Shown here one piece after another: positions 35,946-44,620 of a DNA stretch of 64,000 nt. A model generated the notes under the pieces. That model saw only the letters and a program-made list of their open reading frames with translations. It was not told where the DNA came from and ran no database searches. How positions within the stretch are numbered: position 1 is the stretch's first letter; each line of letters starts with the position of its first letter. The stretch lies in contig JAFCZJ010000005.1 in the NCBI GenBank assembly GCA_019314375.1, positions 6,910 through 70,909 of the forward strand, read 5' to 3'. The translations under genes were made by a program, and so were the position numbers. The DNA comes from Deltaproteobacteria bacterium (GTDB lineage Bacteria > Myxococcota > B64-G9).

Positions 35946-37751
35946 TTAGGCCTGCCTGGTCCCCCTTCGTCGAAGGAAAATCATCGCCAAGAAGAAGAAG
36001 GCGAGACCGCCGGTGGGGCTTCCCGCGCCGGCGCAGCCGCAAGATTCTTCGCTCTCCGGCTCCCAGCCCGGAGGGGCACAACCGATTCCCTCGTAGTCCA
36101 CCAGACCATCCGGGCAATTGGAGCCGGTCTGGTCGCCCGACGAGCTGCCCGCATCTTCTAATCCGGCGTCTACCTCACCGGCGTCTTCTCCACCGGCGTC
36201 TACCCCGCCAGCGTCTACCCCACCAGCGTCTACCCCACCGGCGTCTACCCCACCGGCGTCTACCCCACCAGCGTCTACCCCACCAGCGTCTACCCCACCA
36301 GCGTCCACCCCACCGGCGTCCACCCCACCGGCGTCTACCCCACCAGCGTCCACCCCACCGGCGTCTACCCCACCAGCGTCCACCCCACCGGCATCCTCGG
36401 TGCCTGCGTCAGGAAAACCCCCGTCGAGATCACCTGCGTCCACATCACCACCGTCGGGTTCCGGGGCCTCACAGAAGCTTGAGGGAAGACAGTAGAAATC
36501 GTTGTCATCGATGTCGGCGCAGCATCCGCCAGGGAAATCCGCCAGGCAATCCGACTCGCTCTCACAGGGCTTGGAGCAGAATGAGTCGGTCGAACTATAC
36601 AGGCAAGTCAGGGCACCCAGGTTGGGGTTGCAAAAAGGGCCGTCTGAATCATAGGGATTGCCGCAGGGCTCGCCCAGTGCCCCCATGAAATCGTAGGTCG
36701 TCTGCGTTTGACAGCTTCCAGCACCCGGGGTGAATTCGACTTCGAGGTGGTACAGGCCTGCCTGTTCCACGCCGCTGGAGTTGACGAAAGTGTCCGCCAC
36801 CAAATAATAGCGACCGCAGACATCGATGGGCAGATCCAGCATGCTGTCATGCCGAGCAAAACAATCGCGCTCGGCGACATCCCGATACAGATGCACGTCG
36901 ATGTCGACCCCGGTGCCGTCTGTGACCGTCACGAAAAGCTGTCCCGGTTGTTGAATATCGAAGACATAGATGAACTCTCGTCCCGATTCGTTGGTGCCCG
37001 GCATGGCCCCGCAGGCATCCAGCAAGTCGGAAGGCGCATTGAGGGTGTTGCGATCATCGCTATAAGGAAAAGAACTGATAACGATGGGGTTGCTCAAGGT
37101 ACCCAGATCGGAGCCGCCGTCGGTGATGTCATCAAAGCGGATTCGGTCGAAGCCGGACACGCCGGACCAACTCGACACCGGGTTGAGCCAGGTCACCGGC
37201 GGCATGGCCTCGAAGTAGCGAAGGCTGCCATCGGGCAGTCGGTCGTAAAACAAAGTAATGTGGTAGCCCGGTTCGTTGAAGGCGTCCCCAGGCAGCAGAT
37301 CGTTGTCCGAGGTGAAAACCGAGGTTACTGCCTCAATGGTCCAGGTGCCGTAGTGGCCGGTGTTCCAGACCACGCTCACGTAACCCGAGCAATCCACGCC
37401 CGTCGTACAACTCGCGACGTCGCCGCCCACCGGCGTGCCCGCCCCGTATCCATTGGCGATTCGTTCATCAAAATCATGCAAAGTCACATAGCCGCCCCAA
37501 TCGTAGGGCAAGCCCATGTGATCGCCGATGACGAATTCGCTGGAATAGCCCGACAGGCAACTCGCTTGCAGGTTGTCCGAGTCGCAAGTCCAGGGATGAA
37601 GACAATAAGCCCGAGCCCGGTCGATGACCTCGGCGCGGGAAATGGCTTGGCTGGTGGATGGCCAGAAGGCGACCAAAACCGCCATGAGAAATAATGAATG
37701 CATCAAAGACTTCAGCAAAGACTTCAGCAAAGACTTCAGCAAAGACTTCAT
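35946..37751 (-). CDS. NlpC/P60-like domain surface protein with PPC-like and Cys-rich domains and MYXO-CTERM-like tail
   Basis: PYDWGG, GVDCSGYVS, PGDAFNEPGYHI; DIDVHLY; DAGGV repeats; SCGCAGAG..LAFFFLAMIFLRRR. Confidence 0.8.
   Translation of the reverse strand: MKSLLKSLLKSLLKSLMHSLFLMAVLVAFWPSTSQAISRAEVIDRARAYCLHPWTCDSDNLQASCLSGYSSEFVIGDHMGLPYDWGGYVTLHDFDERIANGYGAGTPVGGDVASCTTGVDCSGYVSVVWNTGHYGTWTIEAVTSVFTSDNDLLPGDAFNEPGYHITLFYDRLPDGSLRYFEAMPPVTWLNPVSSWSGVSGFDRIRFDDITDGGSDLGTLSNPIVISSFPYSDDRNTLNAPSDLLDACGAMPGTNESGREFIYVFDIQQPGQLFVTVTDGTGVDIDVHLYRDVAERDCFARHDSMLDLPIDVCGRYYLVADTFVNSSGVEQAGLYHLEVEFTPGAGSCQTQTTYDFMGALGEPCGNPYDSDGPFCNPNLGALTCLYSSTDSFCSKPCESESDCLADFPGGCCADIDDNDFYCLPSSFCEAPEPDGGDVDAGDLDGGFPDAGTEDAGGVDAGGVDAGGVDAGGVDAGGVDAGGVDAGGVDAGGVDAGGVDAGGVDAGGVDAGGVDAGGVDAGGEDAGEVDAGLEDAGSSSGDQTGSNCPDGLVDYEGIGCAPPGWEPESEESCGCAGAGSPTGGLAFFFLAMIFLRRRGTRQA
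36166..36390. repeat. 15-nt coding tandem repeat (DAGGV) x about 15
   Basis: GCGTC(T/C)ACCCCACC(A/G) units with mainly synonymous variation. Confidence 0.95.
37705..37750. repeat. 12-nt tandem repeat in signal-peptide coding region (KSLL x about 4)
   Basis: AAAGACTTCAGC x3 plus AAAGACTTCA. Confidence 0.9.
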
Positions 37752-38677
37752 GGCATCCCCCAAGCCCAGACCTGAAGCCCGTCAGCTACCGGGTGCAGCA
37801 TCACGCAGCGTTGATCGCGACAGGAGAAGCGACCATAGGGGACATAGAGCCAATCGGAAGCAAGATCGAGACGAGCGCCGACCTGACCATCCTCAATGCG
37901 CACAACAGAACGCCTGACAGTACTCGGGCCGTCGGCCACTTCCAGCTCAAGCAGCAAGTCCTTTCCCATGCAAGGAGATGCAAAACGGACCGAGCGCAAA
38001 CCCTCACCCAGGTCAAGCTCAGTCCAACGCTGCCCATCGCCCTCTCTCCCCCGCACCGGCCCCGTCGTGCCTTCCTTCAAGGCGAGCCGCACGAGACCAT
38101 CCTGCTCCAGTCTCAGCCCGCATCCTTGCAAGCTCCCAACCGGTCCATGTCGCCTGTCCAAGCGGACCGCCTTAAGACCCCGAGGCGCATCAGGCCCCCC
38201 AAGCATAAACCGCTCACCAAAGGCGTTTTCCATTTCCACTTCGCCTAAGGGGGTTATGGCCAAACTGCGCACGGTACCCAAATGCAAAGAAACCGGCAGG
38301 CTGCCCAGATGATCACCATCCGAGTCCAAAACCTCCACAGCCCGAAGATGCCTGCGCCAAAGCGCCACACGTCCGTCCGAGCCCACCGCCAAAAGATCAC
38401 AATGTCCCGGCAGTTTGATGCTGCGCAACAAGCGCCCAGATTCGCTAAGCACCTGCACCCGATCGTCCAGGCCATCCAAAATCCAGATCTCGCCCTCGGG
38501 CCCCAAGCTCACCGCCCCCGGCCCCTGCACCGGCCGCCCCTCACCACCCGAATCCAAATAAAACGGTGCCGCGGCCCAAGGCAGTTCAAAAAGAAGCTCA
38601 GCCGACGGAGCAGCCGAAACGGTCCCAAAGCCAGTCAGCAAAAACAAAAGAAATGAAATCCCAAGCGATCGATACAA
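37748..38677 (-). CDS. Exported protein with NHL-like beta-propeller repeats
   Basis: Signal-like N-terminus; GPGAVSLGPEGEIWILDGLDDRVQVL; its stop overlaps the downstream ATG. Confidence 0.7.
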   Translation of the reverse strand: MYRSLGISFLLFLLTGFGTVSAAPSAELLFELPWAAAPFYLDSGGEGRPVQGPGAVSLGPEGEIWILDGLDDRVQVLSESGRLLRSIKLPGHCDLLAVGSDGRVALWRRHLRAVEVLDSDGDHLGSLPVSLHLGTVRSLAITPLGEVEMENAFGERFMLGGPDAPRGLKAVRLDRRHGPVGSLQGCGLRLEQDGLVRLALKEGTTGPVRGREGDGQRWTELDLGEGLRSVRFASPCMGKDLLLELEVADGPSTVRRSVVRIEDGQVGARLDLASDWLYVPYGRFSCRDQRCVMLHPVADGLQVWAWGMP

Positions 38678-38925
38678 AATACCCTCCCAGGCGAGCTGCG
38701 ATTCCTACCAAATTCTTATGAAAGAGGCAATGCCAGGAAACGGAGGAACCGCGTTGTCAGATGTGTTCTGCAAAAAAGGATGGGACGCTGTGGGGTTTTC
38801 ATTATCGAAAGGGTTTGCTTGTCCGTAAACGTCCGACCGACCACGTCGAATATGCCCGACACAATGTGGCACTCAACCAATGCCAGTCGCGGGTGTAGTA
38901 AATCGGCGATTGGCGTTGCAAGACA

Positions 38926-39537
38926 TTACCTCCGCCCCCGATTTCTGTCCCGATTTCTCTTGTTGCCTTGTTGGGGATTGGGGTAACCACCCAGGCGGAC
39001 AATCTTGAAGACAACTTTCGGAGATAATGCATATGGAGGTCTCAATGTTTCTTTCCATTCTGCCAACAGGATTTGAAGAGGAATTTTTCGGTACCAAGCA
39101 TCTGCACATTTCTCGTTACGGACTTTCGGCCCCAGCGATGAGCTAACTCTTTTTTGCTTCAAGAATGCCAAATCTTTGTCCCCCACCAGTAAGACAACGG
39201 CCTGTCCCCAAACTTCATCATCTGAGGTGTCGACCTCTTGTTCCCAACAGCAAGTCATCTTGTACCTGTATGGCGATTTCGCCAACCCGGCACCAGGTGT
39301 TCGGAAAGGCCCCCCCAAGAGTAATTGGGGACGAGAACAAGGAATTGTTCTTTCAATTATTTTATTCTGATAGCTGTTTTGGTTGAGGGCAAGCTCCTCA
39401 AGGCCTACTACTCCATTCTGATCCAGGCTCACCCTTTCCAAATTGTCCACAACTGCTTCTTGAGCACGAACCTCTTCAGCATCCTGCCTACAAGAAACAC
39501 ATAAGACTAGGAAAACCATCGCGGTCTTCAAACCCAT
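38926..39537 (-). CDS. Hypothetical lipoprotein in lower-GC DNA
   Basis: AGGAG RBS; MGLKTAMVFLVLCVSC lipobox-like. Confidence 0.5.
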   Translation of the reverse strand: MGLKTAMVFLVLCVSCRQDAEEVRAQEAVVDNLERVSLDQNGVVGLEELALNQNSYQNKIIERTIPCSRPQLLLGGPFRTPGAGLAKSPYRYKMTCCWEQEVDTSDDEVWGQAVVLLVGDKDLAFLKQKRVSSSLGPKVRNEKCADAWYRKIPLQILLAEWKETLRPPYALSPKVVFKIVRLGGYPNPQQGNKRNRDRNRGRR

Positions 39538-39642
39538 TACCAACTCCTGCAATTTGATACGAGCATTCCGACCCCAAAAAGGTGCCATACGAGTCGTACT
39601 ATTGTTGGGGTTCTCGGTCACTTCTAGGGATTCTCGACTACC

Positions 39643-40155
39643 TTATTTTTCGGAAGCGACCAATTTCCTTGCGGTCTCGTCGAGGTACCATTTCCATCGT
39701 TCGAACAGTCGTTTCACGTTTGCCTCTCGGCTCCCAAGATCCGGCCCGTCCATCGGCATGTACCTGACGAACTTCACTATTTGCTCCGGGTAATCAAAAT
39801 CTGCGTAAACTTCCTCGACTTTTTGCAAAGGGTCTTGGTGCGCATCACGATTCTCGTAGAGCCACGCCAGTACGAGGTAAAGCCATCTGTTGCGAATATC
39901 ATTCTCTGAGCGAGGGGGGTCACCATCCGCAAGTTTGTTGATTGGCCCCATTATTGGATTGTCTTTTTCTGCGCTGGCAAGGTCAACTAAAGCTGCCGAT
40001 GGCTGTTCGAGTCCGGCGGCCTGTTCGATGGCTAGCTCGACCGGTGCCCAAGGGTCGAGCAGCTCTTTATCGAGTCCGAAGCGAACCTCTCGCCAACTCA
40101 TACGAACCAGCCCCCTGATAAATTCGTATGGGATACTCAAACGCACAATGTCCAT
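39643..40155 (-). CDS. DUF2247-like putative toxin immunity protein
   Basis: WLYLVLAWLYENR..DPLQKVEEVYADFDYPEQIVKFVRYMP motif; GAGGT RBS. Confidence 0.75.
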   Translation of the reverse strand: MDIVRLSIPYEFIRGLVRMSWREVRFGLDKELLDPWAPVELAIEQAAGLEQPSAALVDLASAEKDNPIMGPINKLADGDPPRSENDIRNRWLYLVLAWLYENRDAHQDPLQKVEEVYADFDYPEQIVKFVRYMPMDGPDLGSREANVKRLFERWKWYLDETARKLVASEK

Positions 40156-40171
40156 ATCATCACCTCGTAAT

Positions 40172-40264
40172 TTAGTTCGGTAAGCCGGTTATGCTCCCAC
40201 CAGGAATGAAGCGTTGATGAGTTACAGCGCCACTCGCTTCGAGTATATATTCGAATATCCCAGC
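40172..40264 (-). pseudogene. Remnant C-terminus of a polymorphic toxin
   Basis: [30 protein letters not shown] ends 16 nt before the immunity gene and resembles CdiA/Rhs nuclease-type C-termini. Confidence 0.6.
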
Positions 40265-40273
40265 TCGACTTGG

Positions 40274-40286
40274 TCTTGCAAAAGTC
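40274..40286. mobile_element. Possible isolated IS terminal inverted repeat (IS5/IS1182-like)
   Basis: TCTTGCAAAAGTC next to the point where the toxin-like sequence begins; no transposase in the window. Confidence 0.3.
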
Positions 40287-40347
40287 GCACAACGGAAAGA
40301 CATCCGGTTAGGCTGCTGGTCTTCGTTTTTTCATCGTGGGATGTTCA

Positions 40348-40770
40348 TTATCGGAAGGGATTGTTTATCCGGACACCGTGGATGATTTGGCCGTCGGACA
40401 TGTCTTCGGACAGCAGCACCTCCGCGCCGCCGCGGACCGCGGCCTGGACGATCATGGAATCCCAGAATGACAGTTTGTAGCGGTTATAGATGTCGATGGC
40501 CGCCAGTATCGAATCGCCGTCGTTGATGACCACGGTCCACTTGAGCAGGTCCTCGATGACTTGTCTTGCGCTTGCGGATTCTACGGGTTTGGCGATCTTT
40601 CTCGTCAAGGTTGTGAAAAATTCCTGAAGAACCTGCGTGCTGAGAATGCCCATGCCGCTTTCCCACAGCTCCAAGAGGGTATCACGAGCGATCTCATTCT
40701 TGCGGCCTGCCGAATTGTCATGGGCATACACGAGTACATTCGTGTCCAGAAAGATTCTAGTCCCTTTCAT
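40348..40770 (-). CDS. vapC: PIN-domain toxin (VapC family)
   Basis: FLDTNVLVY, STQVLQEF, SFWDSMI, LLSEDM. Confidence 0.92.
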   Translation of the reverse strand: MKGTRIFLDTNVLVYAHDNSAGRKNEIARDTLLELWESGMGILSTQVLQEFFTTLTRKIAKPVESASARQVIEDLLKWTVVINDGDSILAAIDIYNRYKLSFWDSMIVQAAVRGGAEVLLSEDMSDGQIIHGVRINNPFR

Positions 40771-41002
40771 GCAGTTCCTCCCTGGATACCTTGATCTGCC
40801 CCTTTGTGCCGAGATCGAAGGAGTGCATTAATGTGTGCCTGTGCCGTCGGCGTGCTTTGCGATAACCCGAATCCTCTTGGACTCGCTCTTCGATAGACTC
40901 TCGGACGAGCTCGCTCAGTGAAATCTCTTTGCGTGCAGCAAGTATTTTTGCCTTTTTCAACAAGCCCTTGGGCAAAGAAAGGGTCAAATTCTGCTTTTCC
41001 AT
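40757..41002 (-). CDS. Ribbon-helix-helix antitoxin
   Basis: NLTLSLPKGLLKKAKILAARKEISLSELV; overlaps the PIN gene. Confidence 0.85.
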   Translation of the reverse strand: MEKQNLTLSLPKGLLKKAKILAARKEISLSELVRESIEERVQEDSGYRKARRRHRHTLMHSFDLGTKGQIKVSREELHERD

Positions 41003-41026
41003 GCTTTGTTTTCCTCCTCTCCTGTG

Positions 41027-41059
41027 TCACATTAATATGTGTACCACATATTAATGTGA
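41027..41059. promoter_or_regulatory. Perfect inverted repeat, probable TA operator
   Basis: TCACATTAATATGTG-TAC-CACATATTAATGTGA, 24 nt upstream of the antitoxin ATG. Confidence 0.75.
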
Positions 41060-41183
41060 TCTTCAACCACGCCGAACGCTGCCGGTATCAAATGAGGCTT
41101 CGGCCGACGTACTTGACCCGGCATGTCGGCCTGGATACTGTTTTGGAGAAGACGCGCTTTTGCCCCAAAAAGGACGACGGTCC

Positions 41184-41585
41184 ATGAACGAAACGCTTTC
41201 ACTCGAAGCCCTTAAAAAGGCGCTGGCTCAGCTGGAAAAGGGAATCGAACAAGCCGGCCTGAATCCTGGCGACGAGCTGATGCGGGACGGCGTGATCCAG
41301 CGATTCGAATACAGCATGGACATCTGCTGGAAAACCATTCAGCGCTACTTGAAGACCGTCGCTGGAGTGCAAGACTCAGCCATTCGCTCCAAGAAAGATC
41401 TTTTTCGCGAAGCGGCCCGGCTTGCTCTGGTCCAAAGCGCCGAAGCCTGGATCGGTCATTACGAAGCGCGCAACGTAACCTCCCATTCCTACAATGCCCG
41501 GATGGCGCAACAGGTCTTTGAGCGAGCCCAACTTTTCCTCGTTGACGCAAAGTCCCTGCTTGCCGAATTGCAAAATGACGCTTGA
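41184..41585 (+). CDS. HEPN/nucleotidyltransferase substrate-binding protein (HI0074 family)
   Basis: RDGVIQRFEY and RxxxxH motif RNVTSH. Confidence 0.9.
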   Translation: MNETLSLEALKKALAQLEKGIEQAGLNPGDELMRDGVIQRFEYSMDICWKTIQRYLKTVAGVQDSAIRSKKDLFREAARLALVQSAEAWIGHYEARNVTSHSYNARMAQQVFERAQLFLVDAKSLLAELQNDA

Positions 41586-41898
41586 CGTCCGAGCCGATCA
41601 TCTGGCGATGGTCCAGTCCATCCTCGGCAAACGCATCCCAAACCAGGAGGTCTGGGCCTTTGGTTCCCGGGTGACCGGTGGCGCAAACGCCGTGTCAGAT
41701 CTGGATCTGGTCATCATCTCGGATGAGGCCCTCTCCTTTGAAACCCTGGCCGCCCTGCGAGATGATTTCAGCGAATCAAACATCCCCTACAAGGTCGATG
41801 TACTCGATTGGGCCATGACCGATCCGTCTTTCCAAACAATCATCCGCCAACAACACCTGGTCCTGCAAAAGTCCCACGAGGGAAAGACATCCGATTAG
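41575..41898 (+). CDS. Minimal nucleotidyltransferase (MNT) antitoxin
   Basis: AFGSRVTG..SDLDL..KVDVLD; overlaps the HEPN gene. Confidence 0.9.
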   Translation: MTLDVRADHLAMVQSILGKRIPNQEVWAFGSRVTGGANAVSDLDLVIISDEALSFETLAALRDDFSESNIPYKVDVLDWAMTDPSFQTIIRQQHLVLQKSHEGKTSD

Positions 41899-41910
41899 GC
41901 TACTACTCCC

Positions 41911-43245
41911 ATGCGCAGACTTTTCCTTTTGCTCCTGCTGTGTTTGACCATGCTGGCCTGCCAGGATAAAAACGATCCGGCCAAGGCGACCGGAGACAAG
42001 ACCGCTTCGGCGATTGACGACTTTCCCGTCCCCGAGCAGCGCTTCGCCCAGGCGACGCCGCCTGCCCAGCACAGGCCCTTCACCCCGCCGGCCAGCGACT
42101 TGCCCCTCTATGTTTCAAAGGGTTTCGGTGCCTTGTTCGATATGGGCATGGCCGATCCCCGCGACTGCGCCTATCGGCAGGTGAAGGTGCGCCTGGCCGA
42201 CTCGGAGGACGGGGACGCGGGCCTGCACGGCATCCACGCCTGGGTCTACACGCAGCCCAAGACGGGGCCTCGGGCCATCGCCTGGAACGGCCTGGTCTAT
42301 CCGACCGAAGAGCTGGGCCCGCCCGCCGACCTGGTGGCCGACGTGGAGGCCATGTTGATACGGGACAGCCAGCCCAGCCCCCATGGGCCCTACCGCCGGG
42401 GGCTTTTGCTGGAAGACTTCGAAAGCGCGTCCCATGAAGTCTTGCTGCCCGGCCGGGCAGCCCTGCTCCACCGCCTGGGCCGAGGCGAGCTGGCCCAGCG
42501 GGTCTGGGGGCAATGGGCCAAGAGCGTGCGCCCGGACCTCAAAGCAAAAATATTGCTGCCCATGCGCCACGACTTCATGTGGGCTTTGTTCGTCCGGGGC
42601 TTCGGTGCCCACATGCGCGGCGACGACGCCCGGGCCCTGCCCTATCTGCGCCAGTCCCTGGCGGCCTGGAACCATTCGGGCACGACCGTGATGGATGATG
42701 TCGCCCGGGCCGCCAAGTGGCTGTATCTGGATCAGCGCCGCCGCCAAAAGCAAAAGCCCCACCCCTCGGCTCTAAGCCAGGGACGCCAAGCCTTTGCCCG
42801 CCAGCAGGACTGGATCGACGCCTTGATCGTGGATCTGGAAAACGTGCGGCTTCGCCCCCGGGACGCCTCCCCCCGAGATCCCGTGTGCCTGGCCCTGCTG
42901 GACGAAGGCCCGGCCGCGGTGGAGGCCCTGCTGAAAACCCTGGCCTGGGACCCGCGCCTGACCCGCCTGGTCAAGCGGGAAGGTCCCAGGAATTTCCATC
43001 GCCGACTTTTTTTCACCCAGGACATCGCCTACGAGCTGCTGGTGCGCATCTTCGACTACAAGGACTTCCCCACCCTGCCCCTCTGGGACGACATCTCAAA
43101 AAACACCGCGGCCCGCTACCGGGAACAAGCCCGCATCATGGGCGAGTGGTGGAAGCGTTACGGCCTCTTGAGCCCGGTCCAACGCAAGCTGAAACAATGG
43201 GTCGACGAGCTGTCATATTCCGACGTCTTGTTCGGCAGAAGATAG
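41911..43245 (+). CDS. Hypothetical lipoprotein in GC-richer DNA
   Basis: MRRLFLLLLLCLTMLAC lipobox; long ORF. Confidence 0.7.
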   Translation: MRRLFLLLLLCLTMLACQDKNDPAKATGDKTASAIDDFPVPEQRFAQATPPAQHRPFTPPASDLPLYVSKGFGALFDMGMADPRDCAYRQVKVRLADSEDGDAGLHGIHAWVYTQPKTGPRAIAWNGLVYPTEELGPPADLVADVEAMLIRDSQPSPHGPYRRGLLLEDFESASHEVLLPGRAALLHRLGRGELAQRVWGQWAKSVRPDLKAKILLPMRHDFMWALFVRGFGAHMRGDDARALPYLRQSLAAWNHSGTTVMDDVARAAKWLYLDQRRRQKQKPHPSALSQGRQAFARQQDWIDALIVDLENVRLRPRDASPRDPVCLALLDEGPAAVEALLKTLAWDPRLTRLVKREGPRNFHRRLFFTQDIAYELLVRIFDYKDFPTLPLWDDISKNTAARYREQARIMGEWWKRYGLLSPVQRKLKQWVDELSYSDVLFGRR

Positions 43246-43357
43246 CTGCGATGCGCGCCAGGCAAATGCGTCTTTTGTGGATCGCTTGATCGAAATTCCC
43301 ATGTATCATCGGCGATTTGGGTTTGACATGGATTGGGGCTCGGCATAATCTGCCGCC

Positions 43358-43813
43358 ATGGGCGCAGCCAGCAACAGGCGCCGTTTTTGGGCCCTTGTTT
43401 TCTGTCTTGTGGGCTTGGGTTCGGCCTGTGGAACCGTGGATCCGGGTGAGGTGACTTTGGCCCGACCACAACGGCTGCCGGACCCGGTTCGTTTTGCTTC
43501 TGCTGTTCATCCTGCCTTGACCCAGGATTCAGGCTGCGCCGCGACTGAATGCCATGCGCGTTCGGCTTTGTTTCCTTTGCATACGGCGGATGCCTTGCCT
43601 TCGGATAGCGAGATTGCGCATCCCTTGGATTTGCCCGAGCCCTTTCGCTCCGATTACTACACGGTCTTGTCGCGGGTGAACTTTGATAACCCGACGGCCA
43701 GTGTTTTGTTTCGCTGGGCGGATGGAGATGAGGCCGACCACCCTGGCGGTGATGCGCTCGACGCCGCAAGCCGACAGATGCTCTTGGATTGGCTGGCCGG
43801 GGTTGGGCCATGA
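43358..43813 (+). CDS. Lipoprotein with CxxxxCH motif (possible c-type cytochrome-like)
   Basis: LGSAC lipobox; GCAATECH; distal HPGG. Confidence 0.6.
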   Translation: MGAASNRRRFWALVFCLVGLGSACGTVDPGEVTLARPQRLPDPVRFASAVHPALTQDSGCAATECHARSALFPLHTADALPSDSEIAHPLDLPEPFRSDYYTVLSRVNFDNPTASVLFRWADGDEADHPGGDALDAASRQMLLDWLAGVGP

Positions 43814-44589
43814 ATTGGGCCGTAAGGTTGTTGCTGCTGGGGACCAGCCTGTTTTTGTGCTCAGGTCTTGTTCAAGCTGCTGATTACTCGGCCCGGGATG
43901 TGCAACTTCGGGTCATGGCCACTTCGGTCCCCGTCAGAGCAGGTCCCGGGGGCTCGTATCAGGAATTGGGCCGGGTTGGGAAGGGACAAGTTTATCAAGC
44001 CCTGGATCGAAGCCCGGATGGTGCCTGGTATCGCATTCGTTTGGCCCGAGGAGTCAGTGGATGGGTTTTGTCCGAGTTGGTCTGGCCCTTTGAGGTGGTG
44101 GACGAAGGCGCAACGGCTCGAGCCAGGGGTTGGATGCGGCAAAACGTCCTGGGAAAAAGCCCGATAGGTGACGGTGGTCTGCGGTTTGCTTTCGCGGGCG
44201 GTGCTTTGGATAGCGATGGTTATTTCGCTCTTCGACTGGGTTATGCCCCGAGTCGACATTATGCCTTCGAACTTTTGGCCAGTCAGTCTTCCGGGGGATT
44301 GGGCAGCTTAAGTCTCTATGGTGCTGAGTTGGTCGTGTCCTTCGGTCCCTGGCGCTCTTTGGTGCCCTTTGCAGCGGTGGGCGGCGGGGGCGCCACCGCC
44401 CTGCCCCACCGCGAAAGTCGCCTTTTCGCCGAGCGCACCCTGCCCATGCTCATGGCGGGCGGCGGTTTGATGTTGGCGCTAAAGGGTGGGTTCTCTTTGC
44501 GCTTCGACGCGCGACGAGTGATGGTTTTTTCCGCCGACGAGACCTGGGGCATGGTGGCTTTGCTGGGTGGTTTGATGTTGACGTATTGA
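43810..44589 (+). CDS. SH3b domain plus outer membrane beta-barrel
   Basis: VRAGPGGSYQELG..WYRIRL..GWV; C-terminal strands ending GGLMLTY. Confidence 0.8.
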   Translation: MNWAVRLLLLGTSLFLCSGLVQAADYSARDVQLRVMATSVPVRAGPGGSYQELGRVGKGQVYQALDRSPDGAWYRIRLARGVSGWVLSELVWPFEVVDEGATARARGWMRQNVLGKSPIGDGGLRFAFAGGALDSDGYFALRLGYAPSRHYAFELLASQSSGGLGSLSLYGAELVVSFGPWRSLVPFAAVGGGGATALPHRESRLFAERTLPMLMAGGGLMLALKGGFSLRFDARRVMVFSADETWGMVALLGGLMLTY

Positions 44590-44620
44590 ATCGGCCCGAA
44601 AGGGCTGCGAGGAGTCTGTT

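Noticed and set aside
35900-37694. Plus-strand ORFs with PHRRL/PPAST repeats
   Set aside because: Alternative-frame readings of the DAGGV repeat in the minus-strand gene.
38700-38925. Possible sigma54 promoter or transposase remnant
   Set aside because: TGGCA lacks a correctly spaced TTGC, and the short ORFs have no recognisable motif.
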